DNA from: Candidatus Undinarchaeales archaeon
GTDB taxonomy: Archaea; SpSt-1190; JASMDC01
Reading direction: 5' to 3'
Length of the DNA stretch: 64,000 nucleotides
NCBI GenBank assembly: GCA_030753015.1
Contig: JASMDC010000005.1
Location: 84,015 to 148,014 of the forward strand
Both the position numbers and the translations under genes were made by a program. Below, in pieces: positions 27,267-34,915 of this stretch. Under the pieces are notes generated by a model. It made no database searches and was not told the origin of the DNA. It saw only the letters and a list, made by a program, of their open reading frames with translations. How positions within the stretch are numbered: position 1 is the first letter of the stretch; the number at the start of each line of letters is the position of its first letter.

Positions 27267-30200
27267 CTACTCGATGGCACAGTCCTCCGGGCAGGCAAGA
27301 ACGTCCTCGCCAAGGACACAGGCGCCATCACCGCACACGGCGTCCGCCGAGGCAGCTGAACCGTACAGGCTGTAAGGCTCGGCCGGAGCGGAGGGTGCAG
27401 CACTGACTGCCTGGGAGATGCACCGGTTGGCAACGCACAGGCATGACGTGGGGGCCGCATCGGGCTTCATACAAACGATCCCGGTGCAGTCCTCGACCTC
27501 ATCGTACCGGCGGTTGAGACAGGTGGCCGCCTCGACGTCGCAACAGGCGTCAGCATGGACGCAGTCTGTGTCGGTCTCGCAGTACTCCGCAGGCGATACG
27601 GCCTCGGCCACACACTGTCCTTCGACGCATGCTGGCGCCCAGCGCTGAGCGGCCACGTCGGACGGCGTGGTGCAGGCACAGCTCGCCTCGCATACGACGG
27701 GCAACCGGGAGAACCGGTTGACGAACCTGGGCGGCCCGCACTCGCAGCATCCCGGTTGCTGGACGCAGTCCGCAGTACGGCGGCAGAACTCGGGATCAAG
27801 ATAGGCATCGTCCAGATAAGTACGCTCACAGTCCATGCCCACATGTATGATAGTTAATGCCTTCGAAAGGCCGCATCGGGCGTCGTCAGGCGGGCATTCC
27901 TCAAAGCCCGCGCCTTTGAACCGCACGAGCGACTTGCATGCATGGAGCACTGCGATATTGTCCACACAGGCCCCCTCCTCAGGGAGCACGTCCTCGTCCC
28001 CCTGCTGCCGGGCGACGGCGCATGCACCTTCTGGGCCATTACACCCGGCGAGGCAGCGGGTCTTCCCAGCATCCTCGGCCGTACTGCACGCGGCCTTGCA
28101 CGCCGTCACACCATCAGGATCGGTCGAGCCGCATTCCGAAAGACATGTGCCGACGGTCCCTACCGAGGTTGACATGCACGAATCCACACAGGTCCGGATA
28201 CTCTGGAGGTAGGCCGTAGCCGCACAGCGCTCAGTGCAGGCGGACCCCCACACGGCTTTGCGGGCAGTGCAAGCCGCGGTGCAGGCAGTGAAAGCTCCCT
28301 GCTCCTTGATCCGACAGTTCTCGTCGTTCTGTTCGTAGTCGTCCAGAGCGCGCCATGCCTCGGAAGAGGTGCATGAACGCTGGCACTTGTCCGCAAGCGT
28401 CGAGTGGCCCGAGCACCGTCCCGTACAGATGCCGACCATGCATGCGCTGTAATCCTCGTCGGTATCAGCACACGCCCTCCTGCCCTCCTGGATGCCACCA
28501 TAGGCATCCCAGCCCTGGATTGTCCCACATGCGTCCCTGCAGCGCTCCCCGACATCCAGGGAGGAGCTGCATGCCGATAGGCACTTATCCCGGAGGCATC
28601 CCTCGTGGTCGCCGCCGGATCCGCTGCACGCGGTCCGCGCCGCTGTATAGTCCCCGTAGGCGGTGAGCCCCTCGAAGGGTGTCTTGCAGTCCTTCGCGCA
28701 TATCGCGCTCTTGTCCAGCTCTCCCTGGCAGGTTTCCATACAGCGTTGCCCCATGCACGTCGCGAAGGTTGCATGGTTCGCGCACGCATCGTCCCGCAGG
28801 CCGTGGTCGGTCCAGCCATCCGGGCCAGCGCAGGCCACGCCGCACAAGGTCTGGAGGTTCGAACTGGCCTCGCAGTCTGTCCGGCAAAGAGAGGTCATAC
28901 ACTCGCTGTAGCTCGGAGGCGGGGACGAGCGACAGTGCTCGATGCACACGTCGTCCACGGCAGGCGCGAGCACCACGTCAGCGACGGTCTCCCCCAGCCT
29001 CGTGACCCCTGCGGCCACTAAGATCGAGAATGGGCCATAATCCCGTATATCGGCGTCATCGTAATCTGGTTTAAAGGTGAGGATGCGGGCTTCGGGATCC
29101 TTTACCTGGAGGGAGGCGGTCCGAGTATCGGCGTCGATGGACTCGAGCGTGATCTCGTATCCTTTGTACGTAATGGGCACGCCGCGCGAGAGGGTACGCT
29201 GCTCGGCCACTCCTAAACGTGGGCGGAGAGTCGCATTGCAGAGGATGTCGCACTTGCCCTGCTGTGCTTGAAGGCACGGCAAGACGCATGGAATGACCTC
29301 GGCGCTCTCCGCGTTCCGGCATGTCTGCTCGCACTCACTGGCCGCGAACGCGCAATCGTTCTCGCACAGGCTCCGCGACAGGGTGGCTGTCTCACGGCAT
29401 TCTCTCTCACAATTACTGGTCAGCCATGGCTGAGGTAGCTCAAGGAAATTGAGTTGGAACTCCGCCCAGTCACGGCCCATGCCCACGGGGATCGCGTGCG
29501 AGCTGGAGAGTGGACCCGCCACGCCCTGGCATCTTATGGCCGCCCCCACCAGCTCGTTCCCAAGATCGACGAGGGAATCCATAGGAAGGAAGGTGCCTGT
29601 GCACCCGGCACCCGGACATACGCCCTGATGGGCAACACCGACGCCAACACAGGCCGCGTCACAGGCTGTAGGATACGTTTCCCCGTCCGAACCGCACACC
29701 GGTTCATACAGATCGGGACACACACACTGTGGTTCGTCGTTGACGCACACGCCGTCCATGCACGCGCAGGTGTGGACTGTCGGGCAGGACCTCAGGCACT
29801 CAAGGCCGTCAGCATTTGCGGGAGAGCACGAGCAGGAGCATGACGAGAACGAGCAGTCCTGATCGGTAGTGCACTCGTCGGCCACACCGAAGGTCCCCGT
29901 CAGCTCGCGTGCCTGGGTACGCACCCGGTCGGCGATATCGTGCGCCTTGTACTGGACTAGCTCCAGGGCGATATCGTCGAGAGCGCGGACCACGGCCTCC
30001 ATGGTCCGGGAGTTCTCTAGCGAGAGAGCGCTGTCGGGCTCACAGGCGATTACTGGGCCGAACGTCTCCGCTCGGGCCTCGCGGAAATACACGTCCTTGA
30101 CCGACCAGTCTAACACGTCCACAAGGACGAGAATAGTGCCGTAAACGGGGCACTGGGTAAGGCAGGGACCGGCCGAGCGGACGCTCGTACCAGCGCACCT

Positions 30201-30968
30201 GGCCAGACAGGGATTGGCATAGGTGATCCAGTCCTCCCCGCACACGGGTGCCGTCACGACCGGGCACTGGCACAGAGCACAGAGCTGGTCCCGGCCTGTC
30301 TCGGCAGCGGCAGCGTCCTTATCGCTGAGAGGTACGGTGCAGCTCGTCTCCAAGGGAACGAAGCTCAGGGCGATTATGTTGTCCCGGGCATAGGGAGGGA
30401 TATGGATGGTATACTTTTGCTTGTTCAGAAGGTCCGCCGATAGGGGCTTGATAAGCTCGTGGGCGAGGGCCACGCTCTTGAGCCGGTCCTTCTCTCCAGC
30501 AGAGAGGCTCGCAAGCGTCGCCGGGCCGGGCCTGCCCTGCCCTGATGCGGGCATCTTGCGGTATGTGAGCTCGAGGATGTTCACCTCGCCCTTCACGTCC
30601 GCGGTGACCCGCAGCATCAGGACGAGCCCACTATCGAGCGTCGTTCGGTAATAGACGTTGACGGTCTTGACACCCGTCCCCCCCACATCCCTGACGAACG
30701 CACGTGAGATGCTCGGTTCGATGCTGGATAGGTCGGCTCCAGCTTCCTCGAGAGATGAGAAGAACGCCTTCATGATACCGTTATTGGCAAGGCTTTCCAC
30801 CAGGGCCGTGCGTTGGCTCGCTGGCAACACCTGTGCCTCAGGTCGCTGGGCGAGCACCTTGGCCCGGTTCTCCTTGACTAGGTCGAGGAGGTTCCCGGCA
30901 ACGGTGCAGGAAACAACCAGCATGATCGTCAACAGGATTTCGAATGTCCTACCCATGTCTAATCCCAT
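27267..30968 (-). CDS. Giant secreted Cys-rich protein with two Kazal-type domains
   Basis: Signal-like ILLTIMLVVSC; CPVVTAPVCGEDWITYANPCLARC and CPDLYEPVCGSDGETYPTACDAAC; many C-x3-C units; ends CGDGACVLGEDVLACPEDC. Confidence 0.8.
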   Translation of the reverse strand: MGLDMGRTFEILLTIMLVVSCTVAGNLLDLVKENRAKVLAQRPEAQVLPASQRTALVESLANNGIMKAFFSSLEEAGADLSSIEPSISRAFVRDVGGTGVKTVNVYYRTTLDSGLVLMLRVTADVKGEVNILELTYRKMPASGQGRPGPATLASLSAGEKDRLKSVALAHELIKPLSADLLNKQKYTIHIPPYARDNIIALSFVPLETSCTVPLSDKDAAAAETGRDQLCALCQCPVVTAPVCGEDWITYANPCLARCAGTSVRSAGPCLTQCPVYGTILVLVDVLDWSVKDVYFREARAETFGPVIACEPDSALSLENSRTMEAVVRALDDIALELVQYKAHDIADRVRTQARELTGTFGVADECTTDQDCSFSSCSCSCSPANADGLECLRSCPTVHTCACMDGVCVNDEPQCVCPDLYEPVCGSDGETYPTACDAACVGVGVAHQGVCPGAGCTGTFLPMDSLVDLGNELVGAAIRCQGVAGPLSSSHAIPVGMGRDWAEFQLNFLELPQPWLTSNCERECRETATLSRSLCENDCAFAASECEQTCRNAESAEVIPCVLPCLQAQQGKCDILCNATLRPRLGVAEQRTLSRGVPITYKGYEITLESIDADTRTASLQVKDPEARILTFKPDYDDADIRDYGPFSILVAAGVTRLGETVADVVLAPAVDDVCIEHCRSSPPPSYSECMTSLCRTDCEASSNLQTLCGVACAGPDGWTDHGLRDDACANHATFATCMGQRCMETCQGELDKSAICAKDCKTPFEGLTAYGDYTAARTACSGSGGDHEGCLRDKCLSACSSSLDVGERCRDACGTIQGWDAYGGIQEGRRACADTDEDYSACMVGICTGRCSGHSTLADKCQRSCTSSEAWRALDDYEQNDENCRIKEQGAFTACTAACTARKAVWGSACTERCAATAYLQSIRTCVDSCMSTSVGTVGTCLSECGSTDPDGVTACKAACSTAEDAGKTRCLAGCNGPEGACAVARQQGDEDVLPEEGACVDNIAVLHACKSLVRFKGAGFEECPPDDARCGLSKALTIIHVGMDCERTYLDDAYLDPEFCRRTADCVQQPGCCECGPPRFVNRFSRLPVVCEASCACTTPSDVAAQRWAPACVEGQCVAEAVSPAEYCETDTDCVHADACCDVEAATCLNRRYDEVEDCTGIVCMKPDAAPTSCLCVANRCISQAVSAAPSAPAEPYSLYGSAASADAVCGDGACVLGEDVLACPEDCAIE

Positions 30969-31048
30969 GGTCCATATCGGGCACCAGGGATAAAAACATT
31001 TGGGCGGCAGCGCCTAAGAGCCTCAATCCATCGTTGGACCGGACAGGG

Positions 31049-31083
31049 AAGAGAAAAAGGGGAGGCCCTGATATGACAGGGCC
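31049..31083 (-). terminator. Hairpin plus pyrimidine tract downstream of dodecin
   Basis: GGCCCTG-ATATGA-CAGGGCC (31064-31083) followed on the minus strand by TCCCCTTTTTCTCTT. Confidence 0.55.
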
Positions 31084-31283
31084 TACTTCTCGATCTTGAA
31101 GGCGACCTTCACGGTCACTTCGTACTGGACTATCTTGCTCTCCTTCACGCGAACGCGAGCATTGCCAACATCCATGTACTCGATGCCATGGAGGCTCTTC
31201 TCGGCCTCAGAGAGTGCGTTCCGAACGGCCTCCGAGAAACCCTCTTCTGAGGTGCCAATCAATTCAATTACTTTGTATACCAT
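31083..31283 (-). CDS. Dodecin (flavin-binding protein)
   Basis: MVYKVIELIGTSEEGFSEAVRNAL...YEVTVKVAFKI, 66 aa. Confidence 0.93.
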   Translation of the reverse strand: MVYKVIELIGTSEEGFSEAVRNALSEAEKSLHGIEYMDVGNARVRVKESKIVQYEVTVKVAFKIEK

Positions 31284-31372
31284 GGTCCCTTCCGGTGAGG
31301 GCAAGCGGGTGCATACTTAAGAAGTGTCATGCATGAGCCTGCCACAAGGGAACAAGGTGCATGGCATCCCCT

Positions 31373-31804
31373 TTACCTACCCTTCTTGAGGTCGATGGTA
31401 CCGATCATGGTCACTGTCTTGGCCACGGCATCAGAATAGGTGTCCCGGAAGTCGATGACGAACTCGTTGAACTCCTGGATCCCGGGGAAGCGCAACTTCA
31501 ACATCACGTCGTACTCTCCTGTGACGCCGAACACCTCATGTACATAGTGATTACCGAGCAGTCGCCGGTCCAGATACTTGGAAGAGGTACCGGACACGAG
31601 CATGAATACAACAAGCTCCTCCCCGAGCTGGGCATGGTCCACAGCGATGGTGTACTTGCGGATGACGCCATTCTCCTTGAGACGTTTCATGCGCTGATGC
31701 ACCGTGGAAGGTCGCATCCCCAGACGTTTGGCGAGGGTCCGCACCGAAGCGCGGCCGTCATGCTTCAGCTCATCGAGGATCGCTCGATCCCTTTCGTCGA
31801 CCAT
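31373..31804 (-). CDS. Lrp/AsnC family transcriptional regulator
   Basis: DERDRAILDELKHDGRAS...TVHQRMKRLKENGVI HTH; VTGEYDVML RAM domain. Confidence 0.93.
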   Translation of the reverse strand: MVDERDRAILDELKHDGRASVRTLAKRLGMRPSTVHQRMKRLKENGVIRKYTIAVDHAQLGEELVVFMLVSGTSSKYLDRRLLGNHYVHEVFGVTGEYDVMLKLRFPGIQEFNEFVIDFRDTYSDAVAKTVTMIGTIDLKKGR

Positions 31805-31839
31805 GGATATATTTTGTCCGTTAATTGTTTTATAATTTT

Positions 31840-31898
31840 GGACAATGTCCACAAATATACCTTATTTTCAACACATTATTGGACATTGTCCTAATAAT
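31840..31898. promoter_or_regulatory. Two palindromic GGACAWTGTCC sites between lrp and ahcY
   Basis: GGACAATGTCC (31840-31850) and ATTATT-GGACATTGTCC-TAATAAT (31875-31898), 41 bp apart, in an AT-rich divergent intergenic region. Confidence 0.7.
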
Positions 31899-31940
31899 TC
31901 GGTACAAACTATATGAACGTCGCGGAACAGGAAGAGTATC

Positions 31941-33194
31941 ATGGGATCGAACGTTAAGGACATGTCCCTGGCCCCCCAGGGAGCGCTCAACATCGAATGG
32001 GCAGAGATGCAGATGGGAGGACTCCTCCGTCTCAAGGCTTCCTTGGAGAAGAGCAAGCCCTTCAAGGGCGTTCGGGTCGGCATGTGCCTACACATCACCA
32101 AAGAGACCGCAGTGCTCGTCAACACCCTGCGTGCCGCTGGTGCCGAGGTGTCCATCACGGGATGCAACCCTCTCTCCACCCAGGACGACGTGGCCGCGGC
32201 CCTTGCCAAGGACGGCGTCGACGTGTACGGCTGGCGGGCCGAGACCAACGACGAGTACTACGAGTGCCTCAACAAGGTGCTGGACACCAAACCCCAGTAC
32301 ACCGTGGACGACGGGTGCGACCTGGTAACCATCGTGCACACCGAGCGGCAGGACCTTCTGGACGGCATCTTCGCCGGGGCCGAGGAGACCACGACCGGCG
32401 TCATCCGCCTCCGTGCCATGGAGAAGGAAGGCGTTCTCAAGTACCCTATGGTGGCCGTCAACGACTCGGATACCAAGCACCTCATGGACAACTTCATCGG
32501 TACAGGTCAGAGCACCATTGACGGCATCCTCCGCGCATCCAACGTACTGGTGGCGTCCAAGAACGTGGTGATCGCTGGCTACGGTTCCTGCGGCAAGGGC
32601 GTTTCCAAGCGCGCCGCCGGGCTCGGTGCCAACGTCACCGTCACCGAGGTCAACCCCTTCCGTGCGTTACAGGCATCAATGGACGGCTGGCGCGTTATGC
32701 CCATGACACTGGCTGCACCCACGGCCGACATAATCATAACCGTCACTGGATGCAAGGACGTTGTGACCGAACGCCACTTCCCCCTGCTCAAGGACGGTGC
32801 CATCCTGGCCAACTCCGGTCACTTCGACTCCGAGGTCAACGTCAAGGCCCTGGGCAGTGCTGCCAAGAGCATGCGGCGGATCCGGCCGGACTTCGACGAG
32901 TACACCCTGCCCGACGGCCGGCGCGTGTTCGTGTGCGGCGAAGGGCGCCTCGTGAACCTGGCCGCAGCAGAGGGGCACCCCTCCACCATCATGGCCATGT
33001 CCTTCATGGACCAGACCTTCGCCCTGAAGTGGGTCCTGGAGAACCGCGAATCGCTGGAGAACAAGGTGTATGTCCTACCAGAAGAGCTGGACATGAAGGT
33101 TGCCCGGCTCCAGCTGGAGAGCATGAAGATCGACATTGACGTGCTCACGCCCGAGCAGGATGCCTACCTCAACTCCTGGCAAGAGGGGACGTGA
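31941..33194 (+). CDS. ahcY: Adenosylhomocysteinase
   Basis: LHITKET, CNPLSTQDD, DDGCDL, EETTTGV, VNDSDTKHLMDN, NSGHFD and GRLVNLAAAEGHP motifs. Confidence 0.97.
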   Translation: MGSNVKDMSLAPQGALNIEWAEMQMGGLLRLKASLEKSKPFKGVRVGMCLHITKETAVLVNTLRAAGAEVSITGCNPLSTQDDVAAALAKDGVDVYGWRAETNDEYYECLNKVLDTKPQYTVDDGCDLVTIVHTERQDLLDGIFAGAEETTTGVIRLRAMEKEGVLKYPMVAVNDSDTKHLMDNFIGTGQSTIDGILRASNVLVASKNVVIAGYGSCGKGVSKRAAGLGANVTVTEVNPFRALQASMDGWRVMPMTLAAPTADIIITVTGCKDVVTERHFPLLKDGAILANSGHFDSEVNVKALGSAAKSMRRIRPDFDEYTLPDGRRVFVCGEGRLVNLAAAEGHPSTIMAMSFMDQTFALKWVLENRESLENKVYVLPEELDMKVARLQLESMKIDIDVLTPEQDAYLNSWQEGT

Positions 33195-33209
33195 AGTTAT
33201 TGGAAAAAG

Positions 33210-33326
33210 GTACGTCCGAGATCGGGCGTACGGTTGTCGCAGCGGGCGTCTGGAACGGAACGGACGCCCCTGCGCCCCCCCTGCCAGCAGTGGAATGAAA
33301 AGAAGCACCAAATATCTCTTCCACTG
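33210..33326. other. Three consecutive stem-loops downstream of ahcY
   Basis: GTACGTCCG/CGGGCGTAC (33210-33231), GCAG.GGGCGTCTG/CGGACGCCCCTGC (33239-33273) and CAGTGGAA/TTCCACTG (33288-33326). Confidence 0.45.
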
Positions 33327-33373
33327 AAAAGGTATCCGGCAAGCGTTTTATTCCGGTCCGATAAATAAATCAT

Positions 33374-34885
33374 GTGGAAAGGCACATCGCTGCCACGGGA
33401 TCCGTCCTTGCAGTTGCTCTGCTCGCCCATCGGATGACGGCGTCAGCGGCCTACCTCCTTCTTGGAAGCAGGTTCGTTGTGGCTCTGGGACTGGCGGCCC
33501 TCCCTACGCTCATTGCGATACCCGCCCTCGCTTGTCACGTAAAGCCAACATCATCCCGTCGTCTTCCCCTTGTTCTCTTCTTGGCCATTCTGGCTCTCCT
33601 CCTACCCTTCCCCGTGTCCCTGACCGGGCCTCTCGTGCTTCTACTGGACGTAATGCTGCTCATCTGCCTGTTCGTACGCTTACGCCCCCATGGCCTGTCC
33701 GGTGCCGTTCCCGTGCTCCTCGCCTGTGCTCTGATCTCGTCACTGGTGCACTACACCGACGGCATCCCCCCGACCATGGTGGTTGACGCACGTCTCCTCC
33801 CTCCAGATGTACGGGCTGATGCCACAGCACTCTCTCGCCCTGTGACTCCTGATGAGCTCGATGAAGTAGCTGAGTTGTTCGCTCACCTTACAGGTGAACG
33901 TGTAGAGCGAACACGGGACGGATTCCATCTCCACGATTTCTCCTTTCATGTACTCCCCGCTGAGGACTACACTGCGGTCCTGGCCGCCGTGTTCGGGAGC
34001 CCGCCGGAGGAGATGGTGGTCCATACATTGGAGCAGCCAGCAGTCTTCTTCGGTATGGACGCCTATCTCGGTGGATCCAAGGAGCAGGTGCTTAGAAGGG
34101 CCATGCACGAGTACGGCCATATCGTGGACACGCGCGCTTTCGGGAGGACATCCCACGCAGCCATCGTGGAGGGTTTTGCCCGTTCGTTAGAAGAGGTCGC
34201 CATGCATGCGTTGTATGAGCGAGAGAAGGCAAAGGCGCCTCCGGCAAAGAGGCAGACGGATGATGTTCGAGAGGTCGCTTTCGAGCGGGTGAAGAAGGCA
34301 ATGATGGCTACTCCGGCACAAGAGGTCGTGTTGAACTCACGTCCCACTCTTCGTGCAACACGTCACCGCATCCAGGTCATCGAGTACTATATCACGCCCA
34401 AGAACCACTTCAGCCGCGCGCTCTTCTGGGACGACGTTCCCGAAGGGAGCCCTGAACGTGTGCGAGCACTGACAGAGGTGTTCCTAGCGGTGTTCCCCTT
34501 CTCTCCCCGCTCGGCCGAGCTACCCTCCAGCTTTCGACAAGAAATGATGCTTCTGAAGCAAGCGGCCGAATCACTTCGCGACCGGCCCATGTGGATGTCA
34601 CGCAGGGCATTCCTTGAGGAGTGGATCGGTGGTCATCGTACACGGATAGCGCGCCCCTTATCAGCCGCCATAATCCCATTGTTCCGAATCCCCCGATCTA
34701 GTTATCGGGCTGGAGTAGTGCTCTGGTGTACACTGATATCCGTAATCGTGCTCGTCAGCATCGTCGCGCTGGACAGGATGGCAGCAAAGATTGAGGTGAT
34801 GTTGATGCTCTGGACAGATACCTCCTCAACGGTTCCCGATATCGTCGGGGATATCGGCTCGACCGCGTTCCACCGCTCCACATAA
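33374..34885 (+). CDS. Membrane protein with gluzincin-type HExxH metallopeptidase motif
   Basis: About five N-terminal TM segments, AMHEYGH followed by IVEGFA (third-ligand Glu), and a C-terminal TM. Start uncertain. Confidence 0.6.
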   Translation: MERHIAATGSVLAVALLAHRMTASAAYLLLGSRFVVALGLAALPTLIAIPALACHVKPTSSRRLPLVLFLAILALLLPFPVSLTGPLVLLLDVMLLICLFVRLRPHGLSGAVPVLLACALISSLVHYTDGIPPTMVVDARLLPPDVRADATALSRPVTPDELDEVAELFAHLTGERVERTRDGFHLHDFSFHVLPAEDYTAVLAAVFGSPPEEMVVHTLEQPAVFFGMDAYLGGSKEQVLRRAMHEYGHIVDTRAFGRTSHAAIVEGFARSLEEVAMHALYEREKAKAPPAKRQTDDVREVAFERVKKAMMATPAQEVVLNSRPTLRATRHRIQVIEYYITPKNHFSRALFWDDVPEGSPERVRALTEVFLAVFPFSPRSAELPSSFRQEMMLLKQAAESLRDRPMWMSRRAFLEEWIGGHRTRIARPLSAAIIPLFRIPRSSYRAGVVLWCTLISVIVLVSIVALDRMAAKIEVMLMLWTDTSSTVPDIVGDIGSTAFHRST

Positions 34886-34915
34886 AAAGCATTACTGCGT
34901 CCACGGCCAACGATG
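34870..34915 (+). repeat. Upstream/promoter repeat, copy 1
   Basis: CCACCGCTCCACATAAAAAGCATTACTGCGTCCACGGCCAACGATG, near-identical to 37040-37085. Confidence 0.85.
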
